From positions 32,001 through 96,000 of the forward strand of contig JBOEGF010000014.1 of assembly GCA_050633305.1 (NCBI GenBank): a DNA stretch of 64,000 nt, in the 5' to 3' direction. Within the stretch, counting starts at the first letter, position 1; every line of letters starts with the position of its first letter. Shown piece by piece: positions 9,096-18,538 of the stretch. A program made the translations under genes and the position numbers. The notes beneath the pieces were generated by a model, which saw only the letters and a list, made by a program, of their open reading frames with translations, was not told the origin of the DNA and did not search any database. This DNA comes from Nannocystales bacterium. GTDB lineage: Bacteria > Myxococcota_A > Polyangia > Nannocystales > Nannocystaceae.

Positions 9096-9243
9096 CCCCC
9101 GAGTTCGCCACGGACTGGCGTGAGGGGGAAGTCGGCGCTCGGTGTCACGGACACCTGTCTGCCGGGCCGGCGTGGGAGCGACGTTTTTCGCGCGCTCACC
9201 ACATGCGGCAATGTTCAGTTTTTTCGGAGGACCGCGCCTATCT

Positions 9244-9302
9244 CTCGTAGCTTTGAGAGCATCTGGTTCGAAGCCAGATGCTCTATCCAGCTGAGCTACG
9301 AG
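9244..9302. repeat. Inverted repeat centred on the anticodon loop (candidate att core)
   Basis: AGAGCATCTGG-ttcgaag-CCAGATGCTCT (11-bp arms, 7-nt centre, 9256-9284) plus outer arms CTCGTAGCT (9244-9252) / AGCTACGAG (9294-9302). Confidence 0.85.
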
Positions 9303-9305
9303 TGC
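9260..9305 (-). tRNA. Truncated tRNA-Arg(TCG): 5' half only (att junction)
   Basis: Minus strand GCACTCG TA GCTC AGCTGGATA GAGC A TCTGG CTTCGAA CCAGA TG gives acceptor 5' strand, D-arm and anticodon arm (TCG). No T-arm (GTTCGA) or acceptor 3' strand follows. Confidence 0.85.
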
Positions 9306-9317
9306 AGAACGGCGGCC

Positions 9318-9346
9318 AGGTTGCCCAAGCGTCGGGGATCCGTCAA
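9318..9346 (-). promoter_or_regulatory. Sigma70-type promoter of the tRNA gene, pointing into the element
   Basis: Minus strand TTGACG-17 nt-CAACCT followed by a GC-rich discriminator (GGCCGCC), 12 nt before the tRNA 5' end. Confidence 0.6.
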
Positions 9347-9601
9347 GTCGGAACCCTGGGCCTGGCGCAGCGGACGTTTTAGGCGCTCAGAAGGCGTGCA
9401 CGGGGCCTGGGCGATCGGCCCCGTTCGGTCTCGGTCGCCTTGATATGGGCCGACGGGCGGTTGTTCGGGGCGCTTGGGGAGGCCCAAGGCAAGGCTGTCG
9501 TGGGCTCGGGTTCCGCGCGACAGGGGTGTCGCGGAAAGGGGGTTGGTCGGGACGCTTCAAAGGCGAGTTTCGTTGGTACATGGATTGCACCATCCGCCGG
9601 C

Positions 9602-10372
9602 ATGCGCTGGCTTGACCTTTCCGTACACGCTCTTGTGGCTGCAACCCTTCTTGGCGGCTGCGGCTCGGACTCGACCGCTGCCTCGGATGGTGGCGGTGGA
9701 GGAGGCTCGACGGGGACACCAGCGGACGGAAGCTCGTCGTCGCCCTCCGCGGACACGGACGCCGAGGGGGACACGGATGCGGTGGAGGAGGGCAGCTCGT
9801 CCACGGGTGGTGACGAGGCCGATCCCTTGGCAGACGAGGGCTGCGAGGTCCTGCTTTCAGGAGACCAAACACCGGAGGCGGATGCGATCGCGGAGTCGAT
9901 CGAAGCGGAGATTGCGGACGTCGGGCGTGCCGACGATATCGCGCTGCTGGACTACGGGATCGAGCTTGGTGGGGGAGCAGGAGGCGTGGACATCTTCTGT
10001 TTGTCGTTGGCCCTGCACGCGGACTGGTTCGTCTCGCAAGAGTCGATCTGCGTCCAGGACACGGACCCGGACGTGGTGCTGGCCGAGGTCTCGGAGGCAC
10101 TTGCGGACGCCCCTTCACTGCCGTCACTCGCGACGCTTGCTGACATCGAGGCGGCCGCCGGAGAGTGTCTTGGAGACTTCTCGTACATTCCCTGCCGAGG
10201 TTCGCAAGGGTTCCTCGACCCGACGTTTGACCCGAGCCTTCTCTCGTTCTCCGAGGGAGGGGATGACGGGAAGTGCACCTTCACATCGACGCGCGTGAAC
10301 CTGGATGCGGGGAGCGCAGAGGTGCTCGACTGCACCACGGACTCCAACGACCTCTGCGACACGGAGGGATAG
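9602..10372 (+). CDS. Cys-containing lipoprotein, hypothetical
   Basis: Signal peptide with lipobox LLGGC; Ser/Gly/Asp-rich linker. Confidence 0.75.
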   Translation: MRWLDLSVHALVAATLLGGCGSDSTAASDGGGGGGSTGTPADGSSSSPSADTDAEGDTDAVEEGSSSTGGDEADPLADEGCEVLLSGDQTPEADAIAESIEAEIADVGRADDIALLDYGIELGGGAGGVDIFCLSLALHADWFVSQESICVQDTDPDVVLAEVSEALADAPSLPSLATLADIEAAAGECLGDFSYIPCRGSQGFLDPTFDPSLLSFSEGGDDGKCTFTSTRVNLDAGSAEVLDCTTDSNDLCDTEG

Positions 10373-10379
10373 AAGCGCC

Positions 10380-10883
10380 TCAGAAGGCGCACTCGGTGGG
10401 CTGAGGGTCGGCGGCCTCGATGCTTGCGGCGATCTGGGGGGCGGCCCTGGCCTCCGAGAAGCCTTCAGCGGCCGTCCCGGTCAACATTCGCCCGAAGCCG
10501 CCGTTGCTCATGTGGGCCCGAACGAACACGACCTGCTCCGCATCGACAGGGACGGGGCCGCCGGTACGTGTGAAGGGCTGCTCGTCGACGTGGCTATGTC
10601 CGAGAATGCGGCGGTACAGCAGGGCGCCATCGGCATCGAGGACCTCCCACCAGTTGGCATACTGATCGCACCCGGTGTCGGGGCTCGAGAGTGTCACGGC
10701 AAACGTATACGCGCCTGCATCTCCGCTGGCCGCGACGGTGGTGACGTTGGCGACGCTCGCCTCTCCGGTGTCCGGCGTCGTGCTCTCGCCGGCCTCTGGA
10801 GCGTCGGGGTTGGCGGTGCTGTCCTCGGGCGCGTTGCTGCTACACGCGGACAGGACAAGCGCGGCGACGAGGAAGCGAGTCAT
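10380..10883 (-). CDS. Lipoprotein, hypothetical
   Basis: Lipobox VLSAC; globular domain SPDTGCDQYANWWEV...RRILGHSHVDEQPFTR. Confidence 0.8.
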   Translation of the reverse strand: MTRFLVAALVLSACSSNAPEDSTANPDAPEAGESTTPDTGEASVANVTTVAASGDAGAYTFAVTLSSPDTGCDQYANWWEVLDADGALLYRRILGHSHVDEQPFTRTGGPVPVDAEQVVFVRAHMSNGGFGRMLTGTAAEGFSEARAAPQIAASIEAADPQPTECAF

Positions 10884-10930
10884 CGACCAGAGCTTGGCAC
10901 GATGTTGCCGCGCTTGCTGCGTCGTATCGG

Positions 10931-12208
10931 TCAGGCGACGACTTGGTAGCGCTTGCTACGGCCAGGAAGACTCTCGACGACGCCGCGTCCCACGAGGCTC
11001 TCGAGGGCCATGCGTGCCTGGTAGTCGCTCAGTCCTGTTTCGCGACGGAGTGCGGCGAGCGTTTGCGGGCCCGTCTGTCGCAGCACGGCTTCAACCCGGG
11101 AGACGCGGTCATCTCCGGTGGCGGTGCCGGGATTGTCGACACGTGCGGCGAAGCTCCCCAACCGTTCGGCGGCGGCCGGGACAAGCTCGGAGAGGCCGGG
11201 CCGCGCGACGAGGTAGATGTACTCCTCGTTGCGCAGGTGGCTGATGTCGCCGACCTTATTGCCACTGGGATTGTAGATGCCGATCTGCGCGCCGACGTAT
11301 CGCTTGAAGTCCTTGGCGATCACGAAGACGTCACCGAGGGCGGACAGCGTCGCTTCGAGTTGTTCGCGGCTTTGGTAGCCCTCGTTGTTGAACGAGACGA
11401 CGAGCAGCGGCGCCTGGAGCTGCTGCATGACCTGCGTGAACGCGTTGGCGTGGCGGGGTTTCGAGTTGAAGTCGCTCTTGCGCTCTCGGCAATCCACCCG
11501 CTTGCACGCGATGCCGTAGACCTCGGGCTTGTCCCAAAGAACGAGGCTCTCCCAAATGTGATAGTTGGAGAGATAGCTGTGCTGGTTGTACGGGGGGTCG
11601 ACGTACGCGACGTGGGTCTGCACCTCGCGGGCAAAGTCGAGGGCGTCGCTGCGATGGGCACGACATGGCCCGTTGGGGACGGCGCGTTGCAGGTCGGGGA
11701 CGCGGAGCTGGATGTTGTTGTAGGCCCGTTTTGCCCACTTCTTGACGTAGGCCATCTGCAAGCCGCAGGTGGAGTCGACGCGGTCGGCGGCCTCCATGAG
11801 TGAGACCAACACGACGGCGTGAAGTTCGGGCGGGAGGTCCTTGGACGCGATGGCCTCTCGGATGGCATCGACGCGTGCGCCGTTGTGTGGCTGGAAGAAC
11901 CTCGAACGCTCGCAGAACGTTTCGGTGAAGTAGCCCGGGGTGCCCGGGAGTCGGTTGAACTCCTCCACGAGCTTCGCTGCTTCATCGTGCCAGCGTTCGC
12001 AGTCGGCCTGCACGTAGCAGGTTGCGAGGCAGTGGGCGTAGCCGTTGTGGTCATTGGCCTCGACGCGCCAGCCAGCCCCCTTGAACGCGTGCCCCACTCG
12101 GGAGGTTCCGGAGAACACGTCGCTCACGCTGCTGAGCTCGGGAAACTCACCGAGCAGGTCCACGAGCGTGGGCAGCAGCGTGCGCTTGGAGCCGAGGTAC
12201 TTGATCAT
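10931..12208 (-). CDS. DNA adenine methyltransferase (D12/Dam-like, alpha class) with C-terminal wHTH
   Basis: KYLGSKRTLL, DVFSGTSRVG (motif I), YVDPPY (motif IV); C-terminal TLAALRRETGLSDYQARMALESLVGRGVV. Confidence 0.88.
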   Translation of the reverse strand: MIKYLGSKRTLLPTLVDLLGEFPELSSVSDVFSGTSRVGHAFKGAGWRVEANDHNGYAHCLATCYVQADCERWHDEAAKLVEEFNRLPGTPGYFTETFCERSRFFQPHNGARVDAIREAIASKDLPPELHAVVLVSLMEAADRVDSTCGLQMAYVKKWAKRAYNNIQLRVPDLQRAVPNGPCRAHRSDALDFAREVQTHVAYVDPPYNQHSYLSNYHIWESLVLWDKPEVYGIACKRVDCRERKSDFNSKPRHANAFTQVMQQLQAPLLVVSFNNEGYQSREQLEATLSALGDVFVIAKDFKRYVGAQIGIYNPSGNKVGDISHLRNEEYIYLVARPGLSELVPAAAERLGSFAARVDNPGTATGDDRVSRVEAVLRQTGPQTLAALRRETGLSDYQARMALESLVGRGVVESLPGRSKRYQVVA

Positions 12209-12250
12209 CCTGCGCCGGGGGGCTCCAGGACCATAACAAAGCCGGGGCTG

Positions 12251-12952
12251 CTAGCGACGTCGGCGGCGCTTGAGGCCGAGCGCGACCCCGAACAAGCTGA
12301 AGAGGAGGCCGCCCGAGCGACCACGACCCTCGACACTGCAGCCGGAGGGATCTTCGTTGTCTTCGCCGGCGCCGCTGCTGCTGCTGCCGTCACCGCTCTC
12401 CTCGCCGCTGGGTGCGGGTCCGGTCGTGGTCGCGGGGCCGCTGTCGCCTCCGGAGGCGGTGCCGTTGGAGTCGGTATCCGAGGGGGTGGTGCTCGGGCCT
12501 GAGCCGCCCGGCGTGTCCCCAGTGCTCGAACTTCCCTCTCCGGCGGTTCCGCCGCCAGTGCTGCCCGGTCCCCCTGTGGAGCCGCTGCCAGCGCCCGAGT
12601 CGTCCCCGGTGTCCATGGCTTCGGTGGGATCGACTGTTGTGGCACCGGTCGTCGTCGTCATCCCGCCCGTGCCACCATCGGTATCCGCGAACGCGCAGAT
12701 GTCGAGCTCCGAGAGGCAGATCTCGAGGAGCTGTTCTTCGTCGAAGTCCTCCCACTCGTTCCCGCCGCCGCCCACGGTGCCGGACTCGTCGGCGCAGGCG
12801 CAGCTGGAGAAATCATTGGGGTCGTTCCGGACCGTGCAGGTGCTGCCATCTTTGAGCTCGCACTCAACCTCGATCGCTCGCGCGGTGAGTGGGGCGAGAG
12901 ACACGGCTGCGAACACGCTCGCAGTGAGGAAAATAGTCTTCAAGAAAGCCAT
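12251..12952 (-). CDS. MYXO-CTERM surface protein
   Basis: Signal peptide, Cys-rich domain, S/T/G linker, C-terminal SGCSV...hydrophobic segment...KRRRRR. Confidence 0.85.
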   Translation of the reverse strand: MAFLKTIFLTASVFAAVSLAPLTARAIEVECELKDGSTCTVRNDPNDFSSCACADESGTVGGGGNEWEDFDEEQLLEICLSELDICAFADTDGGTGGMTTTTGATTVDPTEAMDTGDDSGAGSGSTGGPGSTGGGTAGEGSSSTGDTPGGSGPSTTPSDTDSNGTASGGDSGPATTTGPAPSGEESGDGSSSSGAGEDNEDPSGCSVEGRGRSGGLLFSLFGVALGLKRRRRR

Positions 12953-13009
12953 GCGGACGAGCCTACATTGCTCCCGGCGACCGGCGCAAAGCTTGGAGCG
13001 TCCGGCGAC

Positions 13010-13801
13010 TCAAGCGGGGATCCACTCGGCCAGAACAACACCGGCGCCGGCATCGACGACCTCGAGCTGTGTGAACTCATCGGTCTCGGAGTCGAAAACG
13101 ATGGTGAGCTCGAGGGCCTCGGGTTCCAGGGGTTCGCCAGCGAGGTCGACGTAGTCCTGCTCCAAGAAGGCGGCGGTCAGATTCTTGATGGTGAACTCGC
13201 TGCCCATCCGGGAGACTGGTGAGGAGTTGTCGTCCTGTAAGACTCCCTCGACGTTGCCGACCAACGCGCTGTCCGTGGTCTCCATCCTGATCTCGAGCCC
13301 AAGGTGAAGCCCTCCGAGGCAACCCGGGGTGAACGGGCAGGGCTCCCCCGTTTCATAGACGATGTCCTCGGGTTGGGGAATGAACTCGAAGGCGAGGACG
13401 GTCGCTGGCGTCCCAACCACACCGACCCAGGTGATCGGGACTTCGGTGGGGAACGCGGTCAGTCGCTCGGCGGGCGTTGACCCGCCCACGACCGTGTCCA
13501 AGTTCGGGTGCTCGGTCACGCAGCCGCACCGAGCTGGTCCCGTCGATGCGGAGCTTTCGCTCGCTGTACCGGTCTCGGACCCGGAGGTCCCGACCTTGTC
13601 TGTGGTTGAGTCCGGCTCGCCGGACGTGACGGTTGTGTCGTCGGCTGTGGACGTGGCGCTCGACGACGAGGAGGGGGTGGCTTGCCCCGAGGAAGGGTCG
13701 GCTTGCCCCGATGACGTTGTGGGTTGCCCGCCTGTGTTCGTGGCCACGGCGGACCCGCATGCTGTCACGAATGAGACGCTGATCAACATGCTGCGGATCA
13801 T
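13010..13801 (-). CDS. Lipoprotein, hypothetical
   Basis: Start MIRSMLISVSFVTAC (lipobox), S/T-rich linker; TACACT 8 nt upstream. Confidence 0.7.
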   Translation of the reverse strand: MIRSMLISVSFVTACGSAVATNTGGQPTTSSGQADPSSGQATPSSSSSATSTADDTTVTSGEPDSTTDKVGTSGSETGTASESSASTGPARCGCVTEHPNLDTVVGGSTPAERLTAFPTEVPITWVGVVGTPATVLAFEFIPQPEDIVYETGEPCPFTPGCLGGLHLGLEIRMETTDSALVGNVEGVLQDDNSSPVSRMGSEFTIKNLTAAFLEQDYVDLAGEPLEPEALELTIVFDSETDEFTQLEVVDAGAGVVLAEWIPA

Positions 13802-13880
13802 GGGCTCGGAGTGTACTGTGCGTTGAAGGCACCTTGGGGGTTCTGCCACTCGTCGCGGTCGATCCTGGTACGGTCCGCGC

Positions 13881-16169
13881 TTGATGCGACGTGCCGCGCT
13901 GCTCTCCACAATGCTCCTGGGGGCCTGTCGTCCCGCTCCGAATCTGGAGCCGCCCAGGGAACCGCCCCCGCCGACCGACACGCCGATCGGAGCCGACGCC
14001 CGAGACGAAGGGCCGACGTCGGTGTCGACCTCGATGCCCTCCGACCGAGCGGCCGAGATCCGCGAGTCCGCATACGATCCTTCGGCCGACCCTCGCAACA
14101 CCGGTGGATGGGTGTTCTCCGACGACCGAGACCCCGCAGCGCGCGATGACGCGAAACGGAAGCCGTTTTCGATCGATGCGCTGTACCAGCTGAAGAGCGT
14201 GGGAAGCCCTGTCGCTTCGCCGGATGGACAGTCGATCTTGTTCACGGTCACGCGGCACAACCTCGCGAAGGGAAAGTCGAACACGGACATCCATGTGGTG
14301 CGTCGCGACGGGTCGGGCATGCGCCGGCTCACCCGAAACGCGGCAAGCGATGGGTCCCCGGCGTGGCTACCCGACGGGAAGTCGTTCGTATTCGTGTCGA
14401 GCCGGGAGGGCGGGGCTCAGCTGTGGCGTATGTCCGTGGACGGAGGCGAGCCCGAGCAGCTCACCCACCTCTCGACCGGTGTGGGTGGTCCGAAGGTCTC
14501 CCCCGATGGGTCGAGGGTCGCGTTCACCTCGAGCGTTTTTCCCGAACACGGGGCGGATGACGAAGCGAACGCCAAAGCGCTGGAGGCCCGGGAGGACAAC
14601 CAGATCAAGGCCCACGTAGCCGACGACCTCCTCTACCGGCACTGGACCTCCTACGACGACGGTCGCCGGACCCACATCCTGTCACTGGACCTTGCGACCG
14701 AGAAGGTCATCGACCTGACGCCCGGCGATTTTCACAGCCCGTCGTTTGGGGCCGGCGCTCATGGCTTTGCATGGTCGCCCGACAGTGCAGAGGTGTGTTT
14801 CGTCAGCAATCGCGACGTCCCGTCGAAGCGCAGCTGGTCAACCAACAAGGACCTGTTCGTCGTCTCGGCGAAAGGGGGCCGCGCAGCCAACATCACCGAC
14901 TCGAACGAGGCGTACGACGGTGACCCGGTCTACTCGCCGGACGGGCGCTACATTGCGTTTCGGCGACAGAACGAGCCTGGCTACGAGGCCGACCGTTTTC
15001 GGCTCGCGCTGTACGATCGCAAGAGCGGGGATGTCTCGGTGCTGACCGAGTCGTTTGACAACTGGGTGACCGGGATCGCGTGGGCGGATGCAGGCACGTC
15101 TGTGGTGTTCCAAGCGGCGCAGAAGGGCCGCACGCCACTGTTCCGCGTGGGGGTCGACGGCGGTGACATCAAGAAGCTCTCTTTGCCGGCTGTACGGGCA
15201 TGGGACGTCGCAGCAGATGGCAGCCTGGCGTTCACGTTCACCAGCATCGGGAAGCCGGTCGAGCTGTTTACGGCGGACAAAGACGGCGACGGAGCGCGAC
15301 GTCTGACCGGTCTCAACGACGCCGTCGCTCAGGAGTTCGACATTCGCCCACCGGAAGAAGTCTGGGTCGAAGGGAAGAACGGTCGCAAGATCCACATGTT
15401 TGTGGTCAAGCCTCACGGCTTCCGCAAGGGCAAGCGCTACCCGTTGATCCTCAACGTGCACGGCGGTCCTCAGTCGCAGTGGCAGGACTCTCTGCGTGGC
15501 GACTGGCAGGTCTACCCCGGCGCTGGCTACGTCGTCGCGTTTCCGAACCCGACCGGCTCAACCGGATACGGTCAAGCCACGACAGCGGGGATCTCGGAGG
15601 ATTGGGGAGGTAAGGTCTACGAGGACGTCATGGCAGCGGCCGACTTCTTGGAGAAGCAGCCCTATGTCGACCCCAAACGCATGGGTGCGATGGGCTGGTC
15701 GTACGGCGGCTACATGATGAACTGGTTGCTCGGCCACACCGACCGCTTCAAAGCGATTGCCTCGATGATGGGCATCTACGAGTTGGAGTCGTTCTACGGC
15801 GCCACCGAGGAACTGTGGTTCCCCGAGAAAGACTTTGGCGGCCCTTCGTGGAAAGGCGGCGAGAGCTACACCAAGTTCTCTCCGTCAGCGTTCGCAAAGA
15901 ACTTCAAGACCCCCACGTTGATCGTCACCGGGGAACTCGACTACCGGGTGCCATACACCCAGAGCTTGCAGCTGTTTACCGCGCTGCGACGACAGGACGT
16001 GCCCTCGCGGTTGGTGGTGTTCCCGAATGACGGGCACTGGCCCAGTCACGTGCGTTCGATGCCGCTGTACTACGCCTCGCACCTAGACTGGTTCCACCGG
16101 TACCTCGGCGGGAAGGCCAGCCCCTACGAGATCGAGGCGCTCGTCGAAGGCACCGCGTTCTCCGAATAG
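13881..16169 (+). CDS. S9 family (dipeptidyl/acylaminoacyl) peptidase, lipoprotein
   Basis: PD40-like beta-propeller repeats (SPDG/WSPD), VHGGP, GWSYGG nucleophile, DYRVP, DGHW; lipobox LLGAC. Confidence 0.93.
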   Translation: MMRRAALLSTMLLGACRPAPNLEPPREPPPPTDTPIGADARDEGPTSVSTSMPSDRAAEIRESAYDPSADPRNTGGWVFSDDRDPAARDDAKRKPFSIDALYQLKSVGSPVASPDGQSILFTVTRHNLAKGKSNTDIHVVRRDGSGMRRLTRNAASDGSPAWLPDGKSFVFVSSREGGAQLWRMSVDGGEPEQLTHLSTGVGGPKVSPDGSRVAFTSSVFPEHGADDEANAKALEAREDNQIKAHVADDLLYRHWTSYDDGRRTHILSLDLATEKVIDLTPGDFHSPSFGAGAHGFAWSPDSAEVCFVSNRDVPSKRSWSTNKDLFVVSAKGGRAANITDSNEAYDGDPVYSPDGRYIAFRRQNEPGYEADRFRLALYDRKSGDVSVLTESFDNWVTGIAWADAGTSVVFQAAQKGRTPLFRVGVDGGDIKKLSLPAVRAWDVAADGSLAFTFTSIGKPVELFTADKDGDGARRLTGLNDAVAQEFDIRPPEEVWVEGKNGRKIHMFVVKPHGFRKGKRYPLILNVHGGPQSQWQDSLRGDWQVYPGAGYVVAFPNPTGSTGYGQATTAGISEDWGGKVYEDVMAAADFLEKQPYVDPKRMGAMGWSYGGYMMNWLLGHTDRFKAIASMMGIYELESFYGATEELWFPEKDFGGPSWKGGESYTKFSPSAFAKNFKTPTLIVTGELDYRVPYTQSLQLFTALRRQDVPSRLVVFPNDGHWPSHVRSMPLYYASHLDWFHRYLGGKASPYEIEALVEGTAFSE

Positions 16170-16255
16170 GTCGCGCTGGACCGTGTTGACCGGGCCTCCG
16201 TCGCGATCCCCTTCGCGGATACGGCGGCGAGCTCTGTCCGCGATACACTCCGGGG

Positions 16256-17734
16256 GTGGTGCACTTGCCTGTCCTCGATTCCGCGCCTGCCGAGGCAGCG
16301 GAGCTCGTGGAGATCCAGCTGGGGCACATGTGCAACAACCGCTGCGTCTTCTGTAGCAGCGGTCAGGCCACAGAGATGGGTCAAGCCCTCCCGATGGAGC
16401 TGGCTCCGGTCCTGGGAGCGTTGGAGCGGGCGAAGAAGCAGCGCGCCCGCAAGGTGACGTTTCTCGGGGGGGAGCCGACCTTGCAGCGAGCCTTCCTACC
16501 GGCGCTACGGCGTGCGACGGACCTTGGCTTCGAGGAGATCGAGATCTTCACCAACGGGGTGAAGGCCGCGCGTCGAAGCTTCGTGGACGAGGTGGCTGCG
16601 ATCGGCCCGTTCTCGTGGAGGTTCTCGATCCAAGGGGGAAACCAGCAGGCGCACGACGAGGCGGTGGTGAAGCCGGGGGCGTTCGTTCGGATCTGTCGGG
16701 CGATGGACAACGTCCGAGCGCGCGGCCACCGCATCACGGCAAACGCCTGCATCAACGAGCTGAGCTATCGGTCGCTGCCCGACTACGTTGCGCTCGTGAA
16801 ACGACATGGCATCGAGCAGTTGCACATCGACGTGGTGCGACCGTCTTCGGCTGGGCAACGCACGGACGCGTACCTCGGTGAGGTGATGCCACGCCATGTC
16901 GACATGGCGCCGTACTTCGATGAGATGCTCAGCGCCTTCGAGGCATGGGACCCGTCGTTTGACGTGAACGTGGGCAACTTCCCGTACTGTCTGCTGCCCA
17001 AGTGGTCCCACCGGATTCACCACGGCGGCATGGAGACGCTCACCCTCGCGGCCGATCTGGAGAACGACCTCACCGAGAAGGACAAGTACGAGGCGCAGCA
17101 CAGCGACAAGCTGCACGGGCCGCGCTGCCGCGCCTGCGCGTTTGAGAACCGGTGCTCAGGGGTGTTTGATGCATACGCTCGCATCCATGGGACGCAGGAG
17201 CTTCGACCCGTCACGGCCGCGGCCTGGGCTGCGCTCGAGCCCGTGGGTGAACGCTCGGCCTTGGTGGATGCGGCGCGTTCTGTTGCGAGCGTGCTGGGGG
17301 TCGGGGCGGAGGCCTTGCGGGTTGTGGATCCGGGGCTCCGCTTCCACGCCCGTGGGGTGGATGTGACGCTTGCACCTCGCGGACGAGCAGGACTTGCGGT
17401 CGGTCGGACCGCTGGGGTGGACATGGTCATCGACGCCGCGGGGGCGCTGAGCCAAGCCGAGGCCGAAACCTGGGTCGACGAGGCGCGAGTGGTGGTGCCG
17501 TTGGAGGTCGCGCCTCGGGCTGTGTGGATCGCCGCGTTGATGGGTGCCGAGCACGTCGCACGGGGCAGAGCTGCAATCGCGAAGCTGGCAGGCCGAGCTC
17601 GAGCGGGCAGCCGAACCGAGCCAAACTCGACCTGGCCGGGGGTGCGGATGGTCGGCCAGGACGGCGGGCCCATGAGCCTGTTGATCGCGTGGCCGGGCGC
17701 CTCAGCGCTGCTTGTGCGCGACACGGAAGCGTGA
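16256..17734 (+). CDS. Radical SAM protein, HxsC-like, with C-terminal extension
   Basis: CNNRCVFC, LGGEPTL, TNG, FPYC, C-terminal CRACAFENRCSG...YARIHGTQELRP. Confidence 0.85.
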   Translation: MVHLPVLDSAPAEAAELVEIQLGHMCNNRCVFCSSGQATEMGQALPMELAPVLGALERAKKQRARKVTFLGGEPTLQRAFLPALRRATDLGFEEIEIFTNGVKAARRSFVDEVAAIGPFSWRFSIQGGNQQAHDEAVVKPGAFVRICRAMDNVRARGHRITANACINELSYRSLPDYVALVKRHGIEQLHIDVVRPSSAGQRTDAYLGEVMPRHVDMAPYFDEMLSAFEAWDPSFDVNVGNFPYCLLPKWSHRIHHGGMETLTLAADLENDLTEKDKYEAQHSDKLHGPRCRACAFENRCSGVFDAYARIHGTQELRPVTAAAWAALEPVGERSALVDAARSVASVLGVGAEALRVVDPGLRFHARGVDVTLAPRGRAGLAVGRTAGVDMVIDAAGALSQAEAETWVDEARVVVPLEVAPRAVWIAALMGAEHVARGRAAIAKLAGRARAGSRTEPNSTWPGVRMVGQDGGPMSLLIAWPGASALLVRDTEA

Positions 17735-17857
17735 GCCCGAAAATCGTGCGGCAGTGTTCCGCGGTGCGACGCAACAAGATCGGCCGGCCACAAGGTGGAA
17801 GCCGCATACATCGACATGTCGGCCCACACGGGGCAGTGAGGCCCCCAGGGACGCCCG

Positions 17858-18538
17858 CTAGAGCTCGACCCGACGAAACAGCAACGTGGCACCGACCATC
17901 ATGCCCATCGCGACGACGACGGTGCCCGCCATGAACGGCCAGAAGTATTCCTCGAGCCCGAAGTAGTTGGGGATCATGGGGATGACTGCGAGGTTCTGAC
18001 CCGCGTAGAGGACCACGATGACGGCCACCAACGTTGATGTGGTGATCGATCCGACGAACACGCCAATGGCGGTGGAGATCGCGATCACACCCGCGGTCGA
18101 GACTAGGGAGCGGGCAAGCTCGCTCCAGGCCTCGGCAGGCAGCGGCGTCCCTCGAACGAGATCGACTGCGACCCCAGTGCCCAGGGCGATCAGGCACGCC
18201 AGCGTGACGCACGTGAAGACCGCGATGTACTTGGCCCACAGGATCGCGTCGCGGGGGAGCGGGCGGATGACGAGAAGCTGGTAGACACCGCTCTTGCGCT
18301 CACTGCCGATGTCGACTGCGACCATGATCGCAGACACCGTGCCCGCGAGGCTCGACACCAGAAGCGCCGCGAGGGCGGCCATCGAGCGCTGCGAGTCGGC
18401 GGGCTCCTTGTTCAGAAGAATCGGCAGCACGAAGATGAGCAGCGCCAGGATCGGCAGGCCAATCCACAGGATGAGCATGACCTTGGACTTGGCGAATCCA
18501 AGCAGCTCGTCTCGGGTCAGTAGCTTCAGGTTACGCAT
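17858..18538 (-). CDS. ABC-2 type transporter permease
   Basis: Multiple TM segments; ERKSGVYQLLVIRPLPRDAILWAKY motif; start MRNLKLL at 18538. Confidence 0.88.
   Translation of the reverse strand: MRNLKLLTRDELLGFAKSKVMLILWIGLPILALLIFVLPILLNKEPADSQRSMAALAALLVSSLAGTVSAIMVAVDIGSERKSGVYQLLVIRPLPRDAILWAKYIAVFTCVTLACLIALGTGVAVDLVRGTPLPAEAWSELARSLVSTAGVIAISTAIGVFVGSITTSTLVAVIVVLYAGQNLAVIPMIPNYFGLEEYFWPFMAGTVVVAMGMMVGATLLFRRVEL

Larger units (their letters stand above)
1..9266 (-). mobile_element. Right end of an integrated prophage / phage-like element (continues beyond left window edge)
   Basis: Run of co-directional minus-strand genes with overlapping start/stop codons: integrase, HTH protein, replication initiator, DnaC/IstB ATPase, DNA MTase, amidase, second tyrosine recombinase. 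Ends at a truncated tRNA gene. Confidence 0.85.

Noticed and set aside
9260..9305. Intact or intron-containing tRNA-Arg
   Set aside because: No T-arm or acceptor 3' strand found downstream within the window, and no intron-like structure recognised.
10931..12208. Restriction-modification or defence system
   Set aside because: No nuclease or other defence gene is adjacent.
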